NCBI GenBank assembly: GCA_964016885.1
Contig: OZ024740.1
Location: forward strand, 47,244,001 to 47,308,000
Direction of reading: 5' to 3'
Source of the DNA: Eledone cirrhosa
Lineage: Eukaryota
DNA: 64,000 nucleotides
Made by a program: the position numbers and the translations under genes
The notes under the pieces: generated by a model
What the model was told of the DNA's origin: nothing
The model's database searches: none
What the model saw: the letters and a program-made list of their open reading frames with translations, nothing else
Shown here: positions 12,523 through 26,988 of the stretch, one piece after another
How positions within the stretch are numbered: position 1 is the stretch's first letter
Layout: the number at the start of each line of letters is the position of its first letter

Positions 12523-12604
12523 TGTTTTGTTTTGCGCAAAGAGTTCCGATGACCAGGTCTTTCTTAATTGGGTGTAGTATTCCCTGGTTACGCGTTCTCT
12601 TATG

Positions 12605-12638
<34 letters not shown>

Positions 12639-12701
12639 TGTATGTATGTATGTATGTATGTATGTATGTATGTATGTATGTATGTGTGAATGTATCCCTG
12701 A

Positions 12702-12820
<119 letters not shown>

Positions 12821-13679
12821 CGTGTGTGTGTGCGTGCGTGTGTGTGTGTATGTATATTTTTCTTGAAGATTTATTAAAGGTTGCAGAATTCAAATTCTCA
12901 CTAAAAGTCATACAGGGCCAAAGGATGTTAGTGCGTGAAGGCTTGTATAGATTTCTCATTATTTATGTGGGAATGCCATAGGCACGCATATACAAGAATA
13001 TATATTTGTACGCATATTATGAGAGGACATACCTCTTTTGTACACGCGTGTCTTTGAATCATTACTCATTATGTATGCGTGTATATGCCATGTGCAGGCT
13101 TGCAGCGGTGTTCACCTATTCACTCCAGGGAACAGGATTCTCCACATGAAATACTATTACTTAGCTAAAAAAAACATAGTTTAACACAATCAATTAATAA
13201 CCTAAAACTTAATATTGTATCACACTCAGCGTGGTTTATAATGGAGATAAACATATAGGATATGATTATGTAAACATACAATAGTTTCACTATGAATGTT
13301 TTAGGCTGTGATCATGCCACAGTTATATCAGGAGCGGTGTAAGAACGTGAGAAATGTGTTTCTAGATTTTAAACATCATCGGTGACATTTACTCACTTGG
13401 TACTTAGACATGAATAAGCTATAGCCTATATACTTTTGCGTATGGAACATCGTTTGGAGATGCTCATTTGCTCATTTGTATATAGTGTGAACCTGACCGA
13501 ATATAATTAAATTCCAGTGACAATAACATAGGATAAGGATAAAGATCCCACAACTCCTTGCAGAGTCGTAAAGGCACCGTCATACAGCGAGTCTCGAGCA
13601 CATTTAAACCTGACAGAGCCCAACCCTCTCCAGGTCTGAACACAGCCGATTTTATCTATAGACGAAGAATCGAGCCTAG

Positions 13680-13835
13680 TACTGAACTGGTACCTTTTTT
13701 TTATCAACCTCGAAATGATGAAAAGCAAAGTTAACCTCGGCGGGATTTGAACTCAGAGCGGCGCGCAATGAAGTGAGGCGAATAACGTAAAGCATTCTTT
13801 CCGACATTTTAATAACTCTGCCAATGCGCCACCTA
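13680..13835 (-). mobile_element. tRNA-derived SINE of the abundant octopus-type family
   Basis: Matches the 61723-61910 copy (B box GAGTTCAAATCC, CTTTCATC..TCGA..AAAA..GTACCAGT). Other copies at ~16370-16580, 19091-19290, 27555-27665, 32083-32272, 35350-35545, 35553-35715, 43033-43270 and 50415-50640. Confidence 0.8.
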
Positions 13836-14061
13836 CAATAACATAGCGTGGTCCTTAATAGAAGTATATATGAGATAACTGTGACATGATCAACACCTCC
13901 ACCCACCCCTGCACACACCTGTACAATCCCTTCATTTTCACTTTTTTAAAATTCCGTTTTTATTTATTTTATTTATATTATTATTTTCCTCTTCCTTTCG
14001 TGTTCTTGTTAACCTGCCTCCTTACTACCCTCCTTATTCCCTCTCGGATTTCCTCTCTACC

Positions 14062-14095
14062 TTCCTGATGAAGGACTTATGTCCGAAACGTCGAA
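14062..14095 (+). ncRNA. Minimal hammerhead ribozyme in a PLE-type terminal repeat (~13890-14165)
   Basis: TTC-CTGATGA-A-GGAC(TTAT)GTCC-GAAA-CG-TC-GAA; a related, degenerate copy lies at 39055-39096 (-). Confidence 0.8.
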
Positions 14096-14161
14096 ACCTC
14101 CCCCAAGCGTGAAGCTAATACAACTATGTACTACTAACTCCTGCGTTTGTTTGTCCTTTTG

Positions 14162-14225
<64 letters not shown>

Positions 14226-16766
14226 TTATAAGTCGTTTGGAAGCCTCGACAATGCAAATGGGTAAATCTCCGGGTAACAAGGTCCGGTGGTGGAGAGAGA
14301 GATATGTAAGTGGGTGTACGTTGAGATGCGTGGTGTGTATAAGATGTGTGAGATGTGTAGAATGAAGGGAAGAGTAAAAGAATAAAAATAATAATAACAA
14401 CACAAGAGAGAGAGTTACCTTGGGAGAGATTTAATAGTCCCTATATATTTCGGATTCACATCCATCAACTGGGGTTTTTTCCGGGGTGGGGGAAAAGGTT
14501 GTCTGTCGGACAACTCGGAACGCGTCTTTCGCTGTCTGTTGATTTGAATATATATATACATATATATATATGCCTTCATATGTATCTTTAATAACGTAGA
14601 CAATATATTATACCCTTCACAATAAAATACATTCCATCTACATACATTACACATACTTTAAAAGGAAAAACTCTACCTCTCCATCAGTTTAAACCTTTGC
14701 TACTCTATACCCTATAAATTTGTATATACATGAGAGTATCCGAGTGTGAGTATTTGCGTATTATTAGCTTTGACTTCCGGTTGTAGCTATATCTCTGACA
14801 ACTAGAAGTCAAAGGAAATTTCAATGGTTTCTCGAGATATTAAATAAAACACAAAAGTCACCCTCAAATCGTATCTAATTACTTTCATTTTTCTAATAAT
14901 TGTTTCTACTAAAAATGAGTATATGATGCTATTAATTTACTGTAGTTTTAGTGGCTGATCGGCCCTCTTGGAATATATCTGCAATCAAAGGAATTCTAGT
15001 CGTGACTTTCTCGCCTTTCCCAGGGACTACACACCTATGGGCTATTTTATTCAATGTATAATACAGTGGAGTGATTCGAGAGAGACTTGGCTGTTATTTC
15101 TAACAGGCTAATCAATCCGTTAGAGGCTTTTCCATCTTTTAGTCCATTATAATTTTCTACACTCTTTTAGTTTCTTTCCTCTGTTTTTGGAAAATTCATT
15201 TATTAATCTAAACTCTGTTGCCATCCTTTAACATTATTTATTCTATGCTTCCGTTACTTAGCTCAATCATTTATGTAACACAGAAAATGTTTATATTCAC
15301 TTCATTTTATGAAGTAGGATATCATAAACAAATCCATAAAAGAGGCAGATGGCTCAGACTTAATAGCAAATATGTAATACTATTTTTTTATCATATATTC
15401 AAAGTACAGAATGTATTAATTTCCTAATTAACTATCTTAGCTTTATGATGTGCTTACTTATCGTATTTTGAATAAAGAAATGTTTTTATGTTTGAAACGT
15501 AAATATAAATTAACTTGTTTGCGGTAAAAATACTATCAAAAAATATAAAACTGACTCAAATATTTCATATAAACTAAATATAATAATATAGATAATGGTG
15601 GACTCCGAAGGAGCTGACGGAAAGGGTTTACAAAAGAGATTATCACTGTTATATATGCTACTCAAACAAAAATGGTGCCACAATCACTATTCTTGAATTT
15701 TTCTCCTTGTAACAGAAATTATAAAACAATGGGAACGGAATAAAGGCGAAAGTTACAGGCACTTCTAATTGACATACATTCTTTCATAAGTACTGAGGAT
15801 TACAATACCCAGAACCAAAACAGACCTAAAAATCTTTTTTATCAGTGAGCCAACATCGTTTTCCGATATTGTTTTTTATTTTATACAGCTTATATTCTTT
15901 ATGAAAAACAATTGCAGATGATTAAGAACAGAAGTCTAATTTCTGTATTCTTAAAATGTCTTATAATGTCAATAGAGTTACCTTGAGATATAACATTCGA
16001 CGGGGCATACAAATTTCATGAAAATAAATACAGAACAATTTCCATTGTGAGAGTAAAGTTGCTTTTATAAGTCTTGTTTTACTTCATGGGACTGCAACAT
16101 CTCTACAATATTATCAGTTGCAAATGGATCAGAAAATGTATAATACATTCCAAATGCTAGAGAGTAGTAAAATAAATTTTCGTTCCTTTTCCAAGCATTC
16201 ACATTCACTTTACTGATTATCTTAAACTAATGTATATATAATTTTGTAAATATGCATCTTCATATTTCAAGAATATAGAAGATATTGCCTACTTGAAGAA
16301 TAATAATCCCAGAACACAGTTTAATATACACCCTCCTAACAATTTATCGTCCCGACACGAATACGAAACAAATATACTTTTGGCATTCGGACAGGATTTG
16401 AAGAAAAAGGGAAAATCGATTAAATCAACCACAGTGCGCTATTGGTACTTTATCGAACCCCTAAAGATGACAAACAAAGCTAACTTCGTCGGAATCTGAA
16501 CTCAGAAGGTAAAGGGACGTAATTATATGCCACAAAGGGTATTTTCCGGCGAACTATCGATCTGCCAATCCATCGCACTTATAATCTACCCCAAATAATG
16601 AACAATAAAAAAAGAAGAAAAACTCATTGATGAAAAATGATAAAACGTAACAAACAGTAATGATTAGAAACAGTGAATTATATGAAATTATTGATTATTG
16701 ATCGTTTGTCATTTCCAAAACGCGTATAGAAAAAAAAGATATGTATAAAGGCTTTGATGTTTTTTT

Positions 16767-16800
<34 letters not shown>

Positions 16801-16873
16801 TCATATATATATATATAAAGTGTTAAAACAATCAAATCTGAGTTTAATACATTTATTTGCTGACAATTGTTTC

Positions 16874-16928
<55 letters not shown>

Positions 16929-17299
16929 ACACCAATATATATATATACACACATAACATAAATATATATATATATTGGTGTTCTTTTAAGTGCTCTTTTA
17001 TATATATATATATATAACATTTATATATAAATATATATATATGTTATATATAACATTCCTATCTTTTGGCATTGCTACTCATTTTGTAAAATCAATAAGC
17101 CTCCACGACTATCAGACTACTATTTAAATAAATAACAATGATGTTTCCTTTTGGAGAGTTTTTTTTCAGATTTGATTTGCAGTAAATGTTATGTTGTAGC
17201 CTACATGCCTATAATTGTTCAATTTATATTGAATGCTCTTTAATATTTTTCATTTTATCCCATATTTCAAAATATATTATATATTTTCATATATGATAG

Positions 17300-17385
17300 T
17301 GGACACGTATATATATATTTTTTCAAATACAATACTGGACACACATACATATACAGTATATATTTTCACATATAATACTAGACAC

Positions 17386-17425
<40 letters not shown>

Positions 17426-17545
17426 CCATATGTAATACTGGACACGTATATATATATATATATTTTTTTTTTCATACATAATACTAGACACGTATATATA
17501 TATGTTTTCATATATAATACTGGACATGTATATTTTCATATATAG
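17300..17545. repeat. Degenerate minisatellite, core CATATAATACTRGACACGTATA
   Basis: About six imperfect units separated by TA runs. Confidence 0.75.
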
Positions 17546-17800
17546 TACAACACACAATAATAAAACAGTGTGGGACATGGCAATACTTTTATTGGCCAGC
17601 CACGCCTAGTATACATTTATCAAACCTCTGTTATGTGCTGCTGAAGAGAAGTAAATAATAGATTGAACAAACAAACACTTTGTAGTGAGCATTGATTTGA
17701 CTCCGTTTTTATTCATGAATTAGCAATAAAAATACCGATACTTTGTTCATTTATCCTCAATATCCAAGTGTATTCGGTATTTATTAATAGTATCATGCAA

Positions 17801-17884
<84 letters not shown>

Positions 17885-17945
17885 TTTTCCACGCTACCAT
17901 TGGTTTGAGTTGTCCTGTTGTGAGAAATGCCACATCATACAGAAC

Positions 17946-18008
<63 letters not shown>

Positions 18009-18323
18009 TTGTGCGTGAGTGTGCGTGTGTGCGTGTGTGCGTGTGTGTGTCTATGCGTGGGGCGTGTGTAGGAGTGTGTAATGGTAAATATATATAGTTT
18101 TATAGTATGATTACCTGCAGGTATTCGAGTGTATAGTACCACTCCCAGGCGAAAGTAAAGCAAGGTAGGAATATAAACATCTCGTATAAATGCGTGAAAC
18201 CATGGTATTCCACCAAGTTTATAGTTAAATAACGATACTTATTGGTATTCTACAAAGCATGCATTATATAGTTCAGGCACATAAACCAGAGCATATATAT
18301 ATATATATATATGCTTGTATGTT

Positions 18324-18371
<48 letters not shown>

Positions 18372-18405
18372 AGTATGCACACGTACACACATATATATAG
18401 TATAT

Positions 18406-18471
<66 letters not shown>

Positions 18472-18595
18472 ATATATATATATACGTGGGAAAGTAAAAA
18501 TACGCTACTTGGCAAATAACTATATGTATCACCTATCCTCCCCTTTTTTTCTCTTTCTTGATACGTAAATACTGTATATATATATATATATATAT

Positions 18596-18782
18596 ACGAA
18601 GAAAGCGTGGTAAGGAACCAGGTGGACCATAACGCACCAGAGTACTCGATATTTAGGGTAGTAGAGTGGGCAATAGGAAAAGAGTCAGGACACCGATGGC
18701 TGAGCTCCGGCCGTTTCGACAGTTCGGATCTAGTTGTCGAAACGGCCGGAGCTCAGCCGTCGGGGTCCTGACTCTTTCCCTA
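18596..18782 (-). mobile_element. Fold-back half-HHR element (family of 51881-52089)
   Basis: Shared body GTGGTAAGGAACCAGGTGGACCATAACGCACC plus a terminal hairpin. Confidence 0.8.
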
Positions 18783-19836
18783 TATTATATATACAGGATT
18801 AGGGATTTAAATCCCTAATATGTCCGGGAGATGTCTGAGGCGGTCGGTATATATTTTATTTTATTTTATGTATATTCCGTTTGCTTCTGATTAAATTTCT
18901 CAAACAAATGTGGTATTTCAACCCTCGTAATTTTAGACACACGATTTACTGTATTTATTACTACATATGTTATTAAAATGCTCAGTATTTATACTTTGAG
19001 TTTGTTAATTACAGGGTATCAGTATGAGTTATTAACACTGCCTTTTATTTGTATATATATATATGTACGTATGGGTTATATCGAACATTAATAATAATTG
19101 TTTCTGCTATTGGCACAAGGCCAGCAATTACTCAGTACATTACTGGTACTTTATTTTATCGACCCCATCAGGATGAAAGGCAAAGTTAACCTCGGCGGGA
19201 TTTGAACTCAGAATGGCAAGGGACGTTACTCTATGCTGGAAAGCATGGTATCCGACCCTCTAGCGATACTGCCAATCCACCGCTCCTTGCCAGAAAATAT
19301 TAATTTCCTTGAAAATAAAAAAAAAAAACGATAACTTTATCACATACTTCGGTTGCTAGCGCACTTCTTAACATATTTCTTAATTACCAACAGAGCGCTA
19401 ATTATATGCAAATTGGTACGCCCATTTCAGAATAATACAAAGAGTGAAGGGGTATATATGTTTTCTTATGATCGATTGCTGATATACTCGTCTTCTGATG
19501 AGAGTCCAATTAGATACGTAAAAGTGTTTATCTTTTTTTTTTTCAACTTACAAGAAAATACGTATTTTCTGGTATGTTTACATGCCTACATATTAGATAT
19601 GGGTATATATATACCCATATTAGATATGGGTATATATATATATATATATATATATATTACACACTCTATATTTAGACAGATATAACTCACATAACCTTTT
19701 TCATACACTTCGGCTGCTAGCGCACTTCTTACACACACACACACACACACACACATACACACACGCACGCACACATACACGCACACATACACACACGCAC
19801 GCACACATGCAGACACAGACACACCCACACACACAT

Positions 19837-19874
<38 letters not shown>

Positions 19875-20059
19875 TTCGGCTTAGGAATTAACGAAAAACA
19901 ACTTCCGAGATGTGTGACAAGCGCTCAATGATTCAGATGAAACAGAGCTACAACATACATTAAAGGCCAAACACACTGAGACGATGGTTAAACAATCATC
20001 CGCACAGCCATAAAAACGACCAAGTAATTCGGGTGAAACAAAAAAAAAATTATATATAT

Positions 20060-20195
20060 ATAAAGGATCGATCGACTTTCGTCAAATCGAAAACAATGTT
20101 TCCGCTTGTCTTTCCAGTTGCTAGTACTATGAATCGGTCGCAACTCCAGGTAGAAGGAACAACGTGAAATAAAGTGTCTTGCTCAAGGACAATAC
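20060..20195 (-). mobile_element. Second tRNA-SINE family fragment; related pieces at 32650-32910, 56045-56225 and 57833-58080
   Basis: GTCCTTGAGCAAGACACTTTATTTCACGTTG core; reverse complement of 56085-56225. Confidence 0.75.
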
Positions 20196-20468
20196 ACTTT
20201 ATTTCCCGTTGTTCATGAGAGAGAGATAGAGACAGATAGACAGATAGATATATTTCTTTATTTACCATAAAGGTATAAAAAGAAGGGACAAATACAAAGG
20301 GGGAGTTTACATAAAACCGAGTAAAAAGGGTATAAAATGAAAATAATCAAAAACAACCTCAAAAGGGAGGGGACGTGATGGGGTTGCACCCCCCCCCCCG
20401 AAAAAGTGTGCAATCCTTTGCCCGGGGAGCACATGGAGAAGGTGCTCCCCTCTCCTTCACTTCTTTAC

Positions 20469-23400
20469 CTACAGGATGGTATACAGAGAAGGCCCATTTA
20501 CACGAGCTATTCTCGCCACTATCACCCACCTTTCATAAAACTGCCTGTGGCCAAGCACCTCTCTCTCCATTCTTATCCTTCTTCCGAAGTGATATCGGAA
20601 GAAGTAGACCAGACTATGGCCAGAGAGGAAGTTGCCTGACCTCAGACCTTTCAATCGTGTCCACCAAACAACCTCTTTCAACATGGCTATTATGCACAGA
20701 AAAACCGCCTTTGCTTCCTTTGTGAAGAGGGGAGGCGGCTTGATTGTCATCACGGACTCGGCGGTCAATCGAATCGGCGCCACCCGCGACAGCAGTCGTT
20801 CGGCGTAGCCCCACAGATCAGCCACGCCCGGACAGTGCACCAATGCGTGCGCAACGGTTTCTTCGTGACGCACGCATCTATGGCAAATCTTTTTCGAGGG
20901 ATCCCTGCCCGGGCGCCCGTGTCTGTAGAGCCTTTCTCGAACGGGTAGAGCCCCCCGGTAGCACTGCCAGGCCAGTGACTTCTGGAAGTTGTCCATTGGT
21001 CCCGGGCCGAAAGTCCTACCGAACAGGCTGGCCAGTTCGTCCTCTTCCATGTCCAGCGACTCTCCAAGGGTGCCATCGCCCCTGCTAGCCACCAGCCCTC
21101 TATAGAATGACGAGGTGGATTCTCCACCGATGGCCGGGTCCGCTTGCCAGAGAGTCCTGAGCGCCTGGGCACACTCAGTGTGCCAGTCGCCCAGTTTTCC
21201 GGATCTATGCTTGACCCAGGACTGCAGCTCGGTGAGCGAGACGAATCTCGGAAAGGCTCGTTTCACGAACGGAGCCCACACCGGTTGACCAGTGAGGAAT
21301 ACCTGTAGGTGCCGTAGACTTAATGCGTGCCTACGCATCATCAACCACGGCATCCCCAGCCCTCCTTTCGAAGGTTGTTGGCAGCAGATGGATCTTCTCA
21401 CCATAGGAGGGCGCTTCTTCCAAAGAAATTGAAAGAGCATGCGTTCCATGGTGGTGAGTGTTTCCTTAGGGCAAGGCACGACAGTCAGGCGGTAGTAGGT
21501 GACGGACGCTATGTAAATGTTCACCACCTCCGCCCGACCTTTCAGGGACAGCTTACACTTGGCCCATTTCTGGGTTAGTGCAAACACCTTGTTCGTAACC
21601 TCGCCCCAGTTCTTTTCCACCTGGAGGTCCGGTCCAAACCAGACCCCAAGCAACTTCACCGGGCCCTCCATCCAGTGTCCGACGACACCGTCGGGAGGCA
21701 TCGGTCTGCCTCTCTACGTTCCGAGTTGCAGCCCGATGGATTTTTCCCGGTTCAGTTTCGCTCCTGACAACCTTTCGTATTCCTCCAGTAAGGTACCGAT
21801 CGCCTCGATCTCCGAGTCGGTCGATACCATTACTGTTACGTCATCGGCGTAGGCCGACACCGCTTTTCTCAATCCTGGTTCCAGGGGGATACCCTGCAAC
21901 AACTCCAACTTCCTCTGTAAAGGCTCGAGAGTCAATACGTACAGAAGGGAGGAGAGAGGGCACCCCTGTCGAATGGATCGTGTGATTTCGAACGGCTTCG
22001 AAAGGTAGCCGTTCACCTTGATCCTAGAACAGATGTGGTTGCTATGTAAGGCAGTGATCCAGCCTCTGAAAACAGGACCGAACCCAGCCGCCGCTAGCAC
22101 CACATCCAGGTAACCATGGTCGACCCTATCGAACGCCTTAGACTGATCCATGTTGATCAGGGCCCCACCGAAGCCGGGTTTGTTGCCAACCCTCTCTATG
22201 ATGTATCGCATGAGGTGGAGGTTGTCGTGACTGGACCTGGATGGGATAGCACATGTCTGCGCATCTCCCACCAGGCCACCCATGACAAGCGCCAACCTCT
22301 TTGCTAACACCTTGGCCAAAATCTTTAACTCTGTGTTTAGCAGGGTTATGGGCCGAAAATTATTTATACATCCCCCTTGTTCTCGTCCTTCCTTACCAGC
22401 GAGACGAGGCCCTTGGCTACAGAACAAGGAATTCTCCCGTTCTGCTGCCAATTGCAGTAGACTGCTTCGAGGAGTTCGGAGAAGAAGACCGGCATTGCTA
22501 AATAAAGTTCGTAAGGTATACCATCGAGACCTGGAGATTTGCGTCTGCTGCATTGGCTCAGCGCATCCCCGATCTCATCAGCCGAGATTGGTCCTTCGCA
22601 GGACTCTGCCTCTTCGCTCGAGAGACGCGGCAGGCCGTCGAGGTATGGACCGAAATCCACGTCCCCGCCCGGACCCTCGCCTCCCCCGAACAATCGGGCA
22701 AAGTGCCTTTGAAAGGCCTCGCACATCTGCTTAGGCTCCCGGATCACCTGCCCATCCTCGTCTTCCAAAGACCGGATGGTGGATCGATTTCCACTCTTAG
22801 CTTCTGTCACGCGGGCCCAACCAACGGCTTTGGCCCCCCTCATTACCTAGAGCACGTATTTTACTTCGAAAGACGCAGCCTTCGTGCTTTGCATCGAAAA
22901 ACTGGCTCAAGGCCGTCCTCGATGCCAGCACTCTGGCCACATCTTCGCTCTTGATTGCCTCTTCTAATTTACCTGTTAATTCTTTCTCGTTCCTATTCCT
23001 GTCGGCAGCTAACATCTTGCTATAACTTATTGATTCTGTTCTAATCTCTCTTTTGAGAGATGCCCACCATCGGTTGTTGACGATTGTACCCGTCAACCTC
23101 TCCTTAACTAATCTACTAATCCGGTTTCTGTAAGCCTCTTTTGCCGGTAAAGACAAATTAAGTTTCCAGTAACCGGGACCCTGTCTATGTGTTTTGTCGA
23201 GATTGACTACGCAGGTCACTAATTTGTGATCTGTATAGCCAACCGTGAGCATTTCTGGACAGCTTAATATGTCCCTATCCTTACTTCTAACTAAGAATCT
23301 ATCTAAGTACGATCTAGATTGACCACTATGGTTCGTCCAAGTCCAGGTTGGTACCGTTGGAAAATCTAGTCGATATCTATCGACCAAGTTAAAACGGTCG

Positions 23401-23898
23401 AGTAACCCCTTGAGGCTGTTACACCCCCCTCTATGCTCCTGCATAGTCCCAACGTGCATCTAGGATGTCATTCCAATCCCCCGCTAGAAGCAGGGAACGC
23501 GACATTCCCAGAAAAGTCTCCAGACGCTGGAAGAAGTCGGGTCGTTCAGCTCCGAAAGGGGAGTAGACGGCGACCAGTCTCAAGGCCGCACCTCCACTAC
23601 TGCCAACGTCTAGCACCAACAAACGACCTTCCGGGTCCGAGTGAACAACCTGTACGGCGAGACCCAAGTGTTTTTCCAGCAGTACGACAACCCCACCCCC
23701 ACCTCCAGGTTGACAGAGAGATGCATGCACCTCAAAGTCATCGAAGGTAGGGGCCAGCTGCCGCACGACGCTGATCCGAGTCTCACAGATAACCATTACA
23801 TTTATACCACGTGACCTGAGGTCATTTAGAAGCTTTGCTTGCTTCCAAGTTGAGCCCAGGCCACGTGCATTCAAACATCCTACTCTTAACACATCCAT
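20469..23898 (-). pseudogene. Tx1-like ORF2 (APE endonuclease, reverse transcriptase, C-terminal Cys motif), broken into ~5 frames
   Basis: LNARGL, ETR, GDWN, SYLDRF, TDHKLV, GPGYWKLN, KSPGLDG, FRPITLLN, DQSKAFDRV, IRQGCPLS, AYADDVT, GGLGMP, CHRC..H.LVHC. Confidence 0.92.
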
Positions 23899-24206
23899 GT
23901 GGGCGGCAAAGCCAAAGGAGAGTGTAGAGACCTACCTTTCTGCTTCCCGGGGTTCGGGTCGCACGACTTCCATGGGGTCGGGGTATTGGGTGAAGGGGTG
24001 TCTTGTGGTGGTGTGGGATCGTCAGTGTGTGGTGGGGTTGGGGTGTTTGGAGTTGTGTTGGGGAGGGGAAGGGGAGGGGGAAAGCTTTTTAGGAGGATGC
24101 GGTTTATGGGTTTGACAGAGGGTGGTCCTACGTCCTCCTTAAAATCCTATTTGAGTTTTTGGTAGAGGTTCATTGGGATCTTTATTAATTTTAAATGTGG
24201 GTAGTT

Positions 24207-25600
24207 TTATGAAGAAACAAAGTTTACCCCTTCGGTTTGTACCGAAGGGTTATTGTTTATGAGTTCATTTAATTTATTATTGTTTCTGTTGATGTAAGTA
24301 TAGTGTAATGTCTTTTTTTCGGATGGTGTGAATGTTTCGAAGAGAGGAGGGGCAGGTTTGGTTTTGTTTGTTGCTGGAGGGGTGTTTTGTGTTTTGTTGG
24401 ATTGTGTTGACATTTGGGTAGGGGCTGTTTGGCCTTGTGTGTTTTGCACATGTTTTCTTTTTTTCCTTTTAATCTGTCTGAAGGACTCCGTTTCTTCCTC
24501 CGAATTCGTTGGGTTATCTTCAGTGTTGGAGGGAAGAGGTATGTTTGCTGGTAATGTTTCCGTGTTGGTTTTCTTTGTGGGGGAGATGGATGTCACTATG
24601 TTAGACTGTGTTGTGTGTTGTGGCTGCGGTGGTTGTGTTGTTTTATTGAGTGAGGGGTTGGGTGGGACTGTGTTTTTTTGGGAGGTAATGCGTTGTGTCT
24701 GTTTGTGTTGTGGTGGTGGTGTAGTTTTACTGAGGGACGGGTTGGGTGGGACTGAGTTTTGTTGTTTGTTTATCTGTTGTGGTGGTGGTGGAGCTGGTAT
24801 TGGTAGCAGGGTTTTCTTTTTGTTGAGTTGAGGACAAGCCGCCTTCAGGTGCCCTCTGCCTGCACAGATATGACAGGACGGCCTTCTCCCCTCCACGCTA
24901 ATGTTTATATACCCGTGGCCCTCTAATAGGATTCTGTCGGGTATTTGGGCGATGCGTTCAGGCTTCATTTGCACTACAAGTTCTATACCTGTTCCACTGA
25001 ACGCATTGCCTGTGGTTTTCCCAATGGAAATCACGTTGTCATTCGCTGGATCGATGAAGCCAGCTATGAGCCAGCAGTAGTCCACATCTGGCATCATCGC
25101 ATCCAGCCATATTCGCTGAGTTCTTTTACCCATATAAGATGGATAAAAGGTAAAATTTGTCGAACGAATCGGCGACAAAGCATTTTTTTGTCGCTGATTC
25201 GTTCCTCATAATAATGGCTAGGCTTCCATACAGCCTGTCTCTTCTTATGAAAGTGGCTTCATTAAGTACTTCTGTAAGTACTGCTTTAATTTCTGCTTGT
25301 GTTGGTTGTTGAGTTTTTTTTTAGATGTTGTTGATGGTGCGGAAAACGACCGTCCGACTTTCAATATCTTTGGTGAGTTCTTGGGGCATTTTTACCGATA
25401 AGGTTCCATTTTCCCCTTGAGTTATGTATTGTTTGGCGTTTTTTATTCTTTGTGCCACATCTGAAATATTTTCAGGTATATATGTTAAAGATGTTTTTGT
25501 TGTTTGTGCAAATGAGATATTATTGGTGTTGACTTTGTCGTATGTTTTGCTTTCTGTTATGATGTTGTTTTCAAATGTTATTTTTGTGTATTAATATTGT
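24207..25600 (-). pseudogene. Tx1-like ORF1 (gag-like), disrupted
   Basis: EGRRPSCHICAGRGHLKAACP zinc knuckle followed by a Pro/Thr/Gln-rich tail; lies upstream of ORF2; 5' boundary approximate. Confidence 0.8.
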
Positions 25601-26038
25601 CATGCAATTCTTTCAAATTTTTGTTGTTTTTGGAATCAATCTCCAGATTTGTGTTTTCGTCATTTTTCTCCGCACATTCGTCTGTTTTTATTTTATTTTT
25701 TCTTTCCTTCTCTATGACGTTAGCTGTGAAGGAAGGGGGGTACTAAAGCGTGCGAGCTTACAACTCTTACCGCTGTCTCCCCACCACTATTTTCGTTAGC
25801 TTCGTTTAACTTTTCTGCCAGACGATTGAAATTTTATGCCACAAAATTTTAAAAACAGGTTTTTCACCCTGGGAGGGGCGAAGGTGAGCTGACCCCGCCT
25901 GACAGTTCAGACGGGGGGTCAAGCTACACAATAGTATCAAAATTAAAATTAAACTTACAAAATTTCCGCAATAAATTGGAACAAAACTTCTGCGCGAAGT
26001 GAATTACGTCTACGCTGTCGAACAGACGACAGTTAGAT

Positions 26039-26147
<109 letters not shown>

Positions 26148-26250
26148 TGAGGTGGAACAGAAATGAAACATGGATTACAGGTTAAAATATAGTCTAGATA
26201 GATGAGAAACAAAACGAGGATCTAGTTTAAGGAACACCCAAATAATTTAG

Positions 26251-26703
26251 AAGTCGACCTTAAGTAGGAGCAATAACATTAAGAAGGACATGAACGACAA
26301 CACATCATTTTGTTTTGAACATTTTGAAAGTAGCTTTATAAGTATGAATTTTCACAAGTTTTTCGTAGTTGTCTCTGTGGCCTTGTGGTAGGAACTACAG
26401 ACGGTGGAGATCCTGGTCTTGGGTTCAATCCTGGTCAAGAGGTACATGTAACCTTTTTTCAGTTTTTATTTTATAACCAATAGAAAAAAACTGAAAAGGT
26501 TTACCAGGAACTGTACTCCCGACCAGGTTCGAACTTCGGACCAGGCTCACCACAGTCTATGATTCATCCAACTATGCCACCGAGACAGCTACTAAAGTAT
26601 AATGAAAATTGATAATTATAAACCTACTTTCAAAATCAAAGTTTAAAAATTGTGGTGTCGTTCATGGCTTTCCTAGAGCTATAGTAATATTTAGGGTCGA
26701 CTT
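26251..26703. mobile_element. Imperfect ~450-bp palindrome (MITE-like) with two convergent tRNA-like units
   Basis: Termini AAGTCGACC...GGTCGACTT; A/B boxes at 26371-26445 (+) and 26512-26588 (-), each followed by T-runs. Confidence 0.7.
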
Positions 26704-26835
26704 TTGGTCATATGTTTTGAAAATGTTATTTATTCATTATAAAAATTAAATGATAGCATCCTATATGTAGGTGGGGCCCTTTCATCTGGCAACCAATATT
26801 TTTAGACCCAGTCCGCCACTGTATATATATATATT

Positions 26836-26988
26836 CATTTATTATGGCTACATAGTGAGTCTTTTTACTCTAGAGTTTCACCAGAGCACTCAAAGCATCA
26901 TCAGACAAGTTTCGTCTTCTCTGATGATCCTGTGAGTTCACAAGTGTGACTTCTGAGTAACAAACTCACTATTTAGCTATAATAAATG
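26836..26988 (-). mobile_element. Old fold-back element with HHR motifs in both arms
   Basis: The minus strand reads CTGATGA-TGC..GT-GAAA-CTCTAGAG-TA; a diverged inverted copy lies on the plus strand. Confidence 0.6.

Larger units (their letters stand above)
20250..26025 (-). mobile_element. Near full-length Tx1-like (L1 clade) non-LTR retrotransposon, frameshifted
   Basis: ORF1 with a CCHC knuckle; ORF2 with APE, RT and a Zn motif; both ends abut (GATA)n-like repeats. Confidence 0.92.

Noticed and set aside
17636-17800. CTGAAGA core-like motif
   Set aside because: No convincing stem II or GAAA..UH partner was found.
20375-25211. Plus-strand ORFs within the Tx1 element
   Set aside because: They are antisense shadows of GC-rich retrotransposon coding sequence.
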